Shown here piece after piece: positions 49,622 through 58,267 of a DNA stretch of 64,000 nucleotides. A model generated the notes under the pieces. That model made no database searches, was not told the DNA's origin, and saw only the letters and a program-made list of their open reading frames with translations. Numbering within the stretch: position 1 is the stretch's first letter; every line of letters starts with the position of its first letter. The translations under genes and the position numbers were made by a program. Origin of the DNA: Syntrophobacteraceae bacterium (GTDB taxonomy: Bacteria > Desulfobacterota > Syntrophobacteria > Syntrophobacterales > Syntrophobacteraceae); NCBI GenBank assembly GCA_040772705.1, contig JAXGXP010000006.1, positions 235,306 to 299,305 of the forward strand, given 5' to 3'.

Positions 49622-49797
49622 TTGTCACAGAATTTGTCACAAGAACCGGTTTTCCAGGGATGGCCCCCAAGCAAAATAGCGGTTCTTGAGTCTGTGACAG
49701 TGTGACAAACTCTTGTCACAAACCCACTTGAACCCTTGCCAGTTCGCGGCTGACGAGGGTTTATTGTTTTTCGGGACTGTACTCGATCTCTTGTCAC
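49622..49797. promoter_or_regulatory. Cluster of TTGTCACA repeats (candidate integrase/excisionase arm-type binding sites)
   Basis: TTGTCACA at 49622-49629, 49634-49641 and 49713-49720. Inverted copy TGTGACAA at 49701-49708 and TGTGACA at 49693-49699. TTGTCAC at 49791-49797. Confidence 0.55.
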
Positions 49798-49799
49798 CT

Positions 49800-51002
49800 C
49801 TACTCGTCCTTCTTCTTATCAAATGGGCTGCCCTTCAACTTCAACAGCGGGGTTGGCCCCTTCCTGCCGCAGAAGGTTTCGTTGAGGTGTTCCTTACCCT
49901 TGCCTTCTCCAGGCAGCCAATGGCCATAGATGTCGACTGTCATCGTGATGCTGTGATGGCCGAGCTGCTTTTGGACATAGGCAGGGCTGACATTTCCCAT
50001 CAAAAGCAATGAAGCGTAGGTATGTCTCAAGTCATGCGGGCTCCTCACTCTGAGCTTCGCAGCATGACAAGCGCGTTTCAGAGCATTTTGAGCGATCCGC
50101 TGGGTGATGCCCAGAAAGATGAAACTAACCTCTTTGCCCTCCCTCAAGGCAGCCTTGCGAAGCTCTCTAATGCGTTTCTCCAACTTGGCAGCAAGGAAAT
50201 TGGGTATGTCAATCAGTCGCTTACCGGTCTTGGGAACATCATATCGTTTGTGCCTTACCGCTTCAGAAACCATGTACTGTCGGTTTAGTGCATCGAAATG
50301 GTTCCAGCGCATGGCAAGGCATTCTCCAAGCCTCATTCCGGTGTATGCCAGGGTTTCAAGGACCAGTGCCAGAGGGTCGGCGAGATGTTCACGTGCGGCA
50401 TCGAGCAGCAGATCGAGATCGGCATTGGAGAATGGGTCCGGTGTGCTTTGGTTCCGTTTGCGTTTTGGCGGCAGGACCTTTTTCAAAAGACCATGACAGG
50501 GGTTCGATTCGATATAACCACGTTCAATCGCCTCACCGAAAATGCCACTCAAAACCGCATAGAAAACCTCTACCGATTTTGCGGAACGAATGGCCAGCGT
50601 ATCGACCAGCAGGTCTCTCACCTGGTTCCTATCGATCCTTTTGACGGGCATCTTCCCGAATCTTGGTAGCAGGAAGTCACGGGAAAGAGAACTATAACGT
50701 TCGATGGTACCGTATGACCATCTCGAGCGGTTCGCTTTCATCCATTCTTCTGCAACCTGAGAAACCGTTATGAACTGCTCTTCCATGCCGGTTCCCTTGA
50801 GGCCAAGCTTGGCGACGTAAAGTTCGGCAGTCTGAATCGCCTTCTTCAATCCTTCCTCTCCTCTTTCAAAAGCTCTTCTGAGTCTTTCTCCTTTCTGGTA
50901 GGCATCAAGAATCCAGTAACCATCATTTCTCGGAATGATCTTGACGCCTTCCGCTATGTGATAAATTGATCCGTTCTTGCCTTCACTCGTTGGATAGTTC
51001 AT
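49800..51002 (-). CDS. int: Tyrosine site-specific recombinase (phage integrase family)
   Basis: C-terminal catalytic region with GMRLGECLAMRW, HDLRHTYASLLL and TVDIYGHWLP (R..H-x-x-R..Y). N-terminal SAM-like domain. Confidence 0.9.
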   Translation of the reverse strand: MNYPTSEGKNGSIYHIAEGVKIIPRNDGYWILDAYQKGERLRRAFERGEEGLKKAIQTAELYVAKLGLKGTGMEEQFITVSQVAEEWMKANRSRWSYGTIERYSSLSRDFLLPRFGKMPVKRIDRNQVRDLLVDTLAIRSAKSVEVFYAVLSGIFGEAIERGYIESNPCHGLLKKVLPPKRKRNQSTPDPFSNADLDLLLDAAREHLADPLALVLETLAYTGMRLGECLAMRWNHFDALNRQYMVSEAVRHKRYDVPKTGKRLIDIPNFLAAKLEKRIRELRKAALREGKEVSFIFLGITQRIAQNALKRACHAAKLRVRSPHDLRHTYASLLLMGNVSPAYVQKQLGHHSITMTVDIYGHWLPGEGKGKEHLNETFCGRKGPTPLLKLKGSPFDKKKDE

Positions 51003-51256
51003 TGCAGCACCTCCTGAACAGCCTCCTTCAATGCCTGCTTTCGGCGGCTGTTTCTATCGGTGCCGGCGGCTCGGAACTGCTCCAACCAACCATCGAAATC
51101 ATTTCGCTTTATCCGGATTGAGCGTCCCAGTTTGAAATGAGGCATACCAATTCGGAGCCACTTCCGCAAGGTGCTTCTTGACATCGACGAATAGAGTGCC
51201 AGTTCTTCCAACGTCAGGTATTCCGGCTGGTGTCCGTTCGATCCCGGGTTTGCCAT
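50999..51256 (-). CDS. xis: Excisionase-family (MerR/AlpA-type HTH) DNA-binding protein
   Basis: YLTLEELALYSSMSRSTLRKWLRIGMPHFKLGRSIRIKRNDFDGWL. The stop overlaps the int start (ATGA). Confidence 0.75.
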   Translation of the reverse strand: MANPGSNGHQPEYLTLEELALYSSMSRSTLRKWLRIGMPHFKLGRSIRIKRNDFDGWLEQFRAAGTDRNSRRKQALKEAVQEVLQ

Positions 51257-51605
51257 GAGTTTTTCTTTCGAAATTTCGGACGACTGGTTGGCGGAATCAA
51301 AACAACCTGTCAGCTGAATCCCACCTTCAGGAGATTTCCTTTCCTGCCTTCAAACCCTACCTTCCTCCTTCTGGATTTAACCACCGATGCATTCCTCTCC
51401 TTCCATCACAGAATTCCATCAGTAAACCTAACGCGGGCCGCCCGCCTAATTTGTACATACGAGAAAACTCCAATTCCTGACCGGAAGTTTTTCAGGGTTT
51501 CCGAAACATCCATGATCCCTCCGTGATTTTCTCCGCAACTGCAGAACTCTAATCTGACTCTAAGCTCTTTTGAGACGCCTCTGAGCACGGTGCGGAGGTG
51601 TCTCG

Positions 51606-52232
51606 GTGAGCCAGAACTACGAAGGCCTGTTCACCAAGTGGGAAATTGGAACAGCCCAGCGGCTGATCCGTGAGTTTCAAAGGCAATGGACGTGCTTGAG
51701 TAAGGAGGATTTCGATGATTTGCTCCAGGAATGCCTAAGCCATTGGCACTTTTCCAAAAACTATCATGACCCGAAAGGGGAGGCGTCTCAAAGGACTTTC
51801 ATGGTCCGTATTATCAGGAACAAACTCACTGATCTTATTCGCAAGAGGGAATCCGGCAAACGGCGAATAGCACTCCTTACCGTATCACTCAATGCGCCGA
51901 CGGAAGTCGACGAGGACTTTCAGCCAAGCCACCACATCCTCAGTGAATGTTTTACCAGCGATGGCCTTGTTGATCCCTGCGTGCAGATCGACCTCCGGAT
52001 TGACCTGGAAAGTGCAATGCGAAGGCTCACGCCGCGGCAGGTGAAGCTCTGTCATTTGCTGGGAGAAGAGGGTTGCAGCATCAGGGAAGCCGGCAAGCAC
52101 CTGCATATTTCCCGAACGACGCTGCGCGATGAAATCAAACGCATCCGGAAGATTTTCAGGACGGAAAGCCTTGAGGAATACATGAAACCATCCCCCGCCA
52201 TTTCTTGGAAATCTTACGTATGTACCAGGTAG
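51606..52232 (+). CDS. Sigma-70-family (ECF-like) sigma factor encoded by the element
   Basis: Region-2-like FDDLLQECLSHW...RTFMVRIIRNKLTDLIRKR and region-4 HTH LTPRQVKLCHLLGEEGCSIREAGKHLHISRTTLRDEIKRIRK. GTG start. Confidence 0.65.
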   Translation: MSQNYEGLFTKWEIGTAQRLIREFQRQWTCLSKEDFDDLLQECLSHWHFSKNYHDPKGEASQRTFMVRIIRNKLTDLIRKRESGKRRIALLTVSLNAPTEVDEDFQPSHHILSECFTSDGLVDPCVQIDLRIDLESAMRRLTPRQVKLCHLLGEEGCSIREAGKHLHISRTTLRDEIKRIRKIFRTESLEEYMKPSPAISWKSYVCTR

Positions 52233-52269
52233 GGGAACACGATTGAGAGAACAACAGGGAGGACAAATC

Positions 52270-52545
52270 ATGCCGGCGGTATGTCGATTCAGATTTCCGG
52301 AGGGTCTGGACGGGGAGACCATCGAGGGGCACCTCGCCCTTGCCATCATTGCGGCCGAGTGCACCTTCGGAAAGCCCCGGGTCCGGATCTCCGCCGCCTA
52401 CTGCATTTCGAAAGATAGACCCGAGATCGCCATCGATGTGTCCACCGAAGTCGGAGAACACATCGCACAGGTCTTCACCGGGTTGCTGATGCGTGAATTT
52501 GGCGAGGAAGCGTTTGTTGTGGAGCGGATGACTGACGGCTGCTGA
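52270..52545 (+). CDS. Hypothetical protein (91 aa)
   Basis: ATG 52270 is preceded by GGGAGG at 7-nt spacing. No motif recognised. Confidence 0.45.
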   Translation: MPAVCRFRFPEGLDGETIEGHLALAIIAAECTFGKPRVRISAAYCISKDRPEIAIDVSTEVGEHIAQVFTGLLMREFGEEAFVVERMTDGC

Positions 52546-52918
52546 AACACAGCGGCTGCGCGTCAACAACAGTCACATTTTCTTTCAAGGCGGCCTCACA
52601 AAAGCTTGTCGCGTGAGGGAACGCATTGAACGCAGATCTTCAGAGATTTCCATCGGTTGAAACAGCGGGTGAAGGCTTTTCGCCCCGAGTTGGGCGGAGC
52701 CTACCCTGAACCCTGGCGCCGATTTCCCCTGGCACCACAGGAGCAATGCAGTGTGTAACTGTCTCTCGTTTTCCAGATTCAGGAAAGCATACCGGCATTT
52801 CCTCGTATGGCTTTTGAGACGCTCCTTCGAAAAAGAGATCGTCTGGAACCGCTTCGATGAAGAGCTTTCTCGGAAGCTCGACTGCCTGGCAATCCTCGAT
52901 GAGTAGGGTAATGCGCCC

Positions 52919-53935
52919 ATGAACTCCGATATCAGAATCTCGGTATCCTTCAAAGGACACCGCAAAAGGAAGAAACTCCAGGCCATCCTGGGTCCGGGCT
53001 CCACCGATTACCTCATCGACCTTTGGATTGGCGCTGCCGTTACCAGGCCGGTAGGCATTCTGCACGGTTTTGACGCTCTTGATATCGCCATGGAAGCAGG
53101 ATGGTCGGGAGATCCTGAAGTGTTCAAGGATGCCCTGATCAAGGCAGGTTTTCTTGATGTACTTCAAGATGGGACCTATGCCCTCCACGATTGGAAGGAA
53201 CACCAGCCCTTCGTAATCCATGCAAAGACTCGGTCGGAGAGCGCCAAGAAGGCTGCCAAGGTGAAATGGGAAAACCGTGATGCGTCTCGTCTGGAACCCG
53301 GACACCTTGGTCATGCGACACCACTGCGCGACGCATGCGATGCGGATGCGTCACCCATGCGACCCGCAGACGATCCGCATTGCGGTTTGCATGCGGAACC
53401 GATGCGACCCGGATGCGAAGCGCATGCGACCCGGATAGCAGGCGCATCTGATCCGCAATGCGGAATGGATGCGTCGCGCATAGATAATCGATGCGACTTC
53501 GATGCCCCTTCTCCTACTCCTATTCCCACTCCTATTCCTGTACCAGGTATATATGAAAGCATTGTGCAAGATACACCAAAGAGCTCTTGTTCACCGGCGG
53601 TGAACGAACCCGATTCCGACTTTGAAACATTCTGGCAGGACTATCCCGCCAGAGGAGTCCCTCCCCGAAAGCAGGGCAAAGCCCGAGCGCTCAAGGTCTG
53701 GAAACAGCTCAGCAAAAAGCGGGAGCTTCCGGACTTGGCAGTGCTGCTGCGCCTTCTCGAAACAGAGAAGGAATCACGCCAGTGGAATGATCCTCAATAC
53801 ATTCCCATGGCAACCACCTGGCTCAATTCAAAACCCTGGCAGGATAGCACGCCGGATGGAGAGGAACGGCCAGGTTCCGGGTCCGTCCTCCTGGACATGT
53901 ACTACCGGGGTGACCTGAAAGATACTCCCAAATAG
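52919..53935 (+). CDS. Phage replisome-organiser-like protein with an embedded iteron array
   Basis: N-terminal region (HRKRKKLQAILGPGSTDYLIDLW...HDWKEHQ) and C-terminal FETFWQDYPARG...KARALKVWKQL...TTWLNSKPWQD resemble phage/plasmid replication-organiser proteins. It lies immediately upstream of the primase-helicase. Confidence 0.55.
   Translation: MNSDIRISVSFKGHRKRKKLQAILGPGSTDYLIDLWIGAAVTRPVGILHGFDALDIAMEAGWSGDPEVFKDALIKAGFLDVLQDGTYALHDWKEHQPFVIHAKTRSESAKKAAKVKWENRDASRLEPGHLGHATPLRDACDADASPMRPADDPHCGLHAEPMRPGCEAHATRIAGASDPQCGMDASRIDNRCDFDAPSPTPIPTPIPVPGIYESIVQDTPKSSCSPAVNEPDSDFETFWQDYPARGVPPRKQGKARALKVWKQLSKKRELPDLAVLLRLLETEKESRQWNDPQYIPMATTWLNSKPWQDSTPDGEERPGSGSVLLDMYYRGDLKDTPK
53313..53497 (+). 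repeat. Iteron-like array: about 10 copies of ATGCG(A/T)C-type motif at multiples of 11 bp, plus two GATCCGCA(T/A)TGCGG palindromes
   Basis: ATGCG starts at 53313, 53335, 53346, 53357, 53391, 53402, 53413, 53424, 53469 and 53491. ATGCGACCCG occurs 3 times (53357, 53402, 53424). Palindromes at 53372-53385 and 53450-53463. Confidence 0.6.
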
Positions 53936-53949
53936 TCCGGAGCGCAGCC

Positions 53950-55659
53950 TTGCCAGTCCAATACGCACGATCCAAGAACTGGGAATATCGGGAAAGGGGC
54001 AGTCAACTCAATATCAAGACCTGTCCGCTTTGCGACGATTCCGGCTGGCACTTCTACATGAATAAGGAAACCGGCCAGTGGGACTGCAAGAAGTGCCAGG
54101 AATCCGGAAGCCTCTTCCGGCTCAAGAAACACCTCGGTGATATCGAGGAAGCCATTCATCCAGCCTACCGGAAAAGCACACCCAAGAAGCCCAACACCTC
54201 GGCCGTAGTCCAGTATCACAAGGCGCTTCTCAGTGACATGGATGTCACCGGTTATCTTGCCGACCGCAAAATCGGAGTGCAGACCATCAAGCGGTTCCAA
54301 TTGGGCGTGCGCACCATGAACGGCGCCAAATGGCTCTGTATTCCGCATTGGGAAAACCAAAACGTCGTAAACATCAAGTACCGGTCTCTCCCCCCGGCAA
54401 AGAAAGAGTTCCTGAGGGAGCCAGGGTGCAGGAGTGTTCTCTTCAATGTCGACGCCCTTGCGACTCACCGGGAGATCCTCATCACCGAGGGCGAGATCGA
54501 TGCCATCACCCTCGTCGAACATGGCATTGAAAACGTCGTTGGTGCAACCAACGGAGCCGGAGCCTTCGACGCGGAATGGGTCAAAGACCTCGAAAAAACG
54601 GAGCGGATTTACATCTGCTTTGATGCGGATGAGGCCGGCCGGAAGGGAGCACTCTCCCTTGCGAAACGCCTTGCCTACAATCGCTGCTGGAATATCTCAC
54701 TGCCGTGCAAGGATGTGAACGACTTCTTCCTCGATCACACCAGGGAAGAATTCGACCGCCTCATTCATAACGCTACTCAATTCAGCCTGCCCGGCGTGAT
54801 CGATGTTCGCGCTGCCCTGGATCTCCTCCAGGGAGAAGAAAGCCGGGAAAACGAGACAACGGGTCTCCAAACCCCATGGGAAAACGTCAATCGCATCATC
54901 CACGGCTGGAAGGCAGGGGACCTGGTCATTGTCACGGCCCTTCCCAAAACCGGAAAAACCACCTGGATGCTCGATATCAGCCGACACCTCGTCCTTCGCT
55001 GGGTTCCGGTCCTCTTCTTCTGTCTTGAGATGCGGCCCGAGCGGCTCATGCGAAAAGTCATTCAGGCACAATATCGGGTGGAACGCCCGACGCTCCAGGA
55101 TATTCGGAATGCTCGGATGCTCTTCGAGAACGTCCCGCTCTACTTCGGCTATTTCTATAAGCATCAGAAAACCGAAGACGTTCTTGGCCTCATCCGGGAA
55201 GCCATCCAACGGTATGGAATTCAGTTTATTGTCTTTGACAACCTTCATCTTCTCTGCCGCTCAGACCGCGTAAACGAACAGATCGCGCAGGCGACTCTCG
55301 CGTTCAAACTCCTTGCGGAAGAGATGGAAGTCCCGGTCGTTCTCATCGCCCAACCCAGAAAGCGGGAAAACAGCGCCACGGAAATCATGAGCGCCGAGGA
55401 TGTGCGGTATTCCAGTGCCGTCCATTCCGATTGCGACCAGATGATCATCTTGCACCGCAATCGGACCGCCAGCAAAGTCAAGGACATCAACGCCCAGAAG
55501 TTCATAGCCAGGGAAGAATCCATGGACCCCGTGACGCTCGTGCGTGTGGAAGCACACCGGTACGGAAGCGGCGGCGAAACCCTTCTCTATTACAACGGGG
55601 CCTTCAGTCGCTTTGATCTCCTGGAAACAAACGAATCGAGGCAGCAGAGGCAGCGATGA
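53950..55659 (+). CDS. Bifunctional DNA primase-helicase (zinc finger + TOPRIM + DnaB/RecA-like helicase; T7 gp4-like)
   Basis: CPLCDDSGWHFYMNKETGQWDCKKC zinc ribbon, TOPRIM ILITEGEIDAITL and FDADEAG, Walker A ALPKTGKTTW, Walker B FIVFDNLH. Confidence 0.85.
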   Translation: MPVQYARSKNWEYRERGSQLNIKTCPLCDDSGWHFYMNKETGQWDCKKCQESGSLFRLKKHLGDIEEAIHPAYRKSTPKKPNTSAVVQYHKALLSDMDVTGYLADRKIGVQTIKRFQLGVRTMNGAKWLCIPHWENQNVVNIKYRSLPPAKKEFLREPGCRSVLFNVDALATHREILITEGEIDAITLVEHGIENVVGATNGAGAFDAEWVKDLEKTERIYICFDADEAGRKGALSLAKRLAYNRCWNISLPCKDVNDFFLDHTREEFDRLIHNATQFSLPGVIDVRAALDLLQGEESRENETTGLQTPWENVNRIIHGWKAGDLVIVTALPKTGKTTWMLDISRHLVLRWVPVLFFCLEMRPERLMRKVIQAQYRVERPTLQDIRNARMLFENVPLYFGYFYKHQKTEDVLGLIREAIQRYGIQFIVFDNLHLLCRSDRVNEQIAQATLAFKLLAEEMEVPVVLIAQPRKRENSATEIMSAEDVRYSSAVHSDCDQMIILHRNRTASKVKDINAQKFIAREESMDPVTLVRVEAHRYGSGGETLLYYNGAFSRFDLLETNESRQQRQR

Positions 55660-55850
55660 CAGCAATCTACAGAGTGAAAATCGAGAAGCATGCCCATCGA
55701 GAAGATGTCGGCCGGATGGTTCTGAATCGCGACGGAACCGGCTTCATTATTCTCAAGGACCTGCTCCCGGGCACGATCCTCTATGTGGAACCCCAACGGA
55801 ACAACACACTTCGAAAAATACACAGAACCGAGATTGAGGCTGACCAATGA
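55656..55850 (+). CDS. Hypothetical protein (64 aa)
   Basis: Start and stop are coupled (ATGA overlaps) to the flanking genes. No motif. Confidence 0.4.
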   Translation: MTAIYRVKIEKHAHREDVGRMVLNRDGTGFIILKDLLPGTILYVEPQRNNTLRKIHRTEIEADQ

Positions 55851-56383
55851 AAAGAAAGAACCGCAAGGCCCCTCCGATGATCATCTGTGCATGTGACCCC
55901 GATACCACGACGCCGGCGTTTGCCGTCTTTTCGGGTGAGAAGCTTTCTCACTGGGAGTTGCTTCGGGGAACAATCGGCAAGTTGCTCCCGGAAATCAAAG
56001 GCATCATTGACACATGGCACCCTGATCTTCTGGTGATTGAAAACCAATACCTCCCCATGTCGATCGATGCCATCAGGCGCTTCCGCTCCCTTTCCAGCCT
56101 GATTTCGGCCAGGGCGATGATCACCGCGGTCTTTGTCCTCTCGGGAGTGAATTACGAGCTCGTTGAACCCTTTTCGTGGCAGCAGACACTTGGCGGTTCC
56201 GCCCTCGGCAGGGACCGGCTGAAAGCGCTCTCCGTTCTCAAGGCCACCGGGATTGCCGGACAGAGGATCGACGATCACAACCTGGCGGACGCCATAAACC
56301 TCGGTTTCTGGTGGGCGAAAAGCCATGGCGCATCCAATGCCAACGCCTCCAGCAAGCGCTCTTTTCGGCAGCGAAGGCCATGA
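55847..56383 (+). CDS. RuvC-like Holliday junction resolvase
   Basis: IICACDPDTTTPAFAV (first Asp), DLLVIENQY (Glu), and HNLADAINLG (C-terminal acidic/His motif), in the RuvC order. Confidence 0.65.
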   Translation: MKRKNRKAPPMIICACDPDTTTPAFAVFSGEKLSHWELLRGTIGKLLPEIKGIIDTWHPDLLVIENQYLPMSIDAIRRFRSLSSLISARAMITAVFVLSGVNYELVEPFSWQQTLGGSALGRDRLKALSVLKATGIAGQRIDDHNLADAINLGFWWAKSHGASNANASSKRSFRQRRP

Positions 56384-56577
56384 ATCTCGACAGTTTCTCC
56401 AAAGCCTATTATCGCCCTGACGAGGTTGCTGACCTTTTCAGCATCAGTAGGAGAACCGTCTATCGGCTCATCAACCAGCGAAAGCTAAGAGCCATCAAGG
56501 TTGGCGGCTCGGTAAGGATTCCCGAAGAGGAAGTCCAAAGGCTCAAGGACAGGCGAAAAAAGAGTGTCAACCTATGA
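56380..56577 (+). CDS. Excisionase-family HTH DNA-binding protein (65 aa)
   Basis: YRPDEVADLFSISRRTVYRLINQRKLRAIKVGGSVRIPEEEV. The start overlaps the RuvC-like stop. Confidence 0.7.
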   Translation: MNLDSFSKAYYRPDEVADLFSISRRTVYRLINQRKLRAIKVGGSVRIPEEEVQRLKDRRKKSVNL

Positions 56578-56688
56578 CAGCGGATGACAACCCTACATTG
56601 CCCATTTCCAGGGGCAAGGATTATCACGGGCAAACCAGTGAGGCTGTACCAACAACCAAGGACCAGACACTCAAGGAAGGAGGCTTAC

Positions 56689-57072
56689 ATGGTCGCTACC
56701 GCCACTTCGCAGGCAGGCAAAACGGAACTCGTCAGGGGTCTTGCCGACAAGGCAGGGACCTCCCTTGTCGAGGCTGGCAGGCTGGTCGATGCTTTTCTCG
56801 ATCTCTTGCAAGGAATCGTCAAATCTCAGGACCTCAAGCTTGTGGGCTTCGGAGCATTCAAGCGGGTGACGCTCAAGGCCAGGCAGGGAAGAAACCCAAA
56901 GACCGGTGAGGCTATCAGCATCCCGGAGAGGACGGTTGTCCGCTTCAAGCCATCCAAAACGCTTCGAGCGGTCCCGGTCAAAGCAAAGCGGTCCGGGAGT
57001 CCGGCAAAGAAGACCGGCGCAAAAGAAAATGTTCGGGGTAGCCAGGCCCCGGTGAAGCGAAACCGGAAATAA
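56689..57072 (+). CDS. HU/IHF-family DNA-binding protein with Lys/Arg-rich C-terminal tail
   Basis: LVGFGAFKRVTLKARQGRNPKTGEAISIPERTVVRFKPSKTL core. ATG 56689 is preceded by AAGGAAGGAGG. The tail of about 35 aa is AVPVKAKRSGSPAKKTGAKENVRGSQAPVKRNRK. Confidence 0.85.
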   Translation: MVATATSQAGKTELVRGLADKAGTSLVEAGRLVDAFLDLLQGIVKSQDLKLVGFGAFKRVTLKARQGRNPKTGEAISIPERTVVRFKPSKTLRAVPVKAKRSGSPAKKTGAKENVRGSQAPVKRNRK

Positions 57073-57130
57073 GCAGGGCGGACGAACCTTTTTTCGTTGT
57101 TCGCTCAATCAGGAAGGGAAACTCGAACCA

Positions 57131-57357
57131 ATGGCCATGAGCAGCGGTCAAGTACAACTGGATAGACTCACGGAGCCCCAGCTTCTCGCCCGTTGTATCT
57201 GGGGGGAGGCAAGGGGAGAGCCCATTCAGGGAAAACTGGCTGTTGCTCATGTCGTTCTGAACCGCGTTAAAGCTCAATCCTATTACGGCAAAACGATCAG
57301 GGACGTCATTCTGAAACCCTGGCAATTCTCCTGCTTCAATGAAAACGATCCCAACCT
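57131..57357 (+). pseudogene. SleB/CwlJ-type cell-wall hydrolase, N-terminal fragment (gene split by IS insertion)
   Basis: LLARCIWGEARGEPIQGKLAVAHVVLNRV...ILKPWQFSCFNENDPN matches the N-terminal half of the Hydrolase_2 domain. Beyond 57357 the reading frame runs into IS sequence and stops at 57427. Confidence 0.8.
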
Positions 57358-57529
57358 ATTGGCGCCGGTGAGGAAGGGAGCCAAAATGGCCGGTTATAAA
57401 AGAGGCCATGTAGGGAGATGGGCGTAGGAATGCGCGGTTGCCTTCGGGAAGAAGGCAAAAAGGTGCGATGCGGTCATCACCGGTTGAAGTGACAACCCTT
57501 CGATGATCATGCATTGGGTTTCGCTGGGT

Positions 57530-58267
57530 TCAGATATCTTTCCTTCGATAGCTTGTTCCTTCCAAGACGAGGACCTCGGAGCGATGAACGAGGCGGTCGG
57601 CAATCGCCGCGGCGGCAGTGGTTGAGTCAAAGATCTTCCCCCAGTCGGCAAACGGCAAATTGGTAGTCAAAATTGTTGACTTTCTTTGATGCCTGGCACT
57701 GATAACCTGGAAGAAGAGGCTTGAGCCCTGCTGGCCGAGGGAAAGATACCCAACTTCGTCCACCACAAGGAGGGCCGGAGATTGATAATATTGGAGTTTT
57801 TTCAGGAGCGAGCGGTCGGCGTCGGCCGCAATGAGGTGGTTGACCATTTCCATGGCACTGGTGAAGAGGACCTTGATGTTGGCGTTGCATGCAGCGGTGG
57901 CGATGCATTTAGCCAGGAAGGTCTTGCCGGTGCCAGGATTACCGATGAGGACCACGTCCATGTGCTCGTGAACAAACCCCAGATCCAGTAAGCTGAGGAT
58001 GCGGTTTTTCTGTTCTTTCCTGGATTTATGATGATCGAAGTCAAACTGATCGATGGTGACTCGATCATGGAGTTTGGCCTGCTCCCAACGAAGCTTGACC
58101 GCGCTTTGCCAGCGTCTTTCGAGCTCCATTTCGGCCAGGCGATGGAGGGCTTTGGCCACCGAGAGGTTTTTCTCCCGGGCCTCCCGCAACACTGCCTCGA
58201 GCTGCTGGGCCATGGCCTTGAGGTAGAGCTTCAAGAGTTTCTCTTTGAGGGCTTCAATCTCGGTCAT
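57530..58267 (-). CDS. istB: IS21-family helper ATPase IstB
   Basis: Walker A LIGNPGTGKTFLA, Walker B LLVVDEVGY, and SLFFQVISARHQRKSTILTTN. ATG 58267 is preceded by AGGAG. Confidence 0.9.
   Translation of the reverse strand: MTEIEALKEKLLKLYLKAMAQQLEAVLREAREKNLSVAKALHRLAEMELERRWQSAVKLRWEQAKLHDRVTIDQFDFDHHKSRKEQKNRILSLLDLGFVHEHMDVVLIGNPGTGKTFLAKCIATAACNANIKVLFTSAMEMVNHLIAADADRSLLKKLQYYQSPALLVVDEVGYLSLGQQGSSLFFQVISARHQRKSTILTTNLPFADWGKIFDSTTAAAAIADRLVHRSEVLVLEGTSYRRKDI

Noticed and set aside
52640-53314. 224-aa minus-strand ORF overlapping the organiser gene start
   Set aside because: It overlaps the plus-strand gene, which has recognisable replication-organiser features and operon context. 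It has no RBS and no motif.
53313-53530. Repeat-rich stretch considered as a possible CRISPR or minisatellite array
   Set aside because: The repeat units are only 7-14 bp with no spacer-repeat architecture, and they lie inside an open reading frame. This is better explained as iterons.
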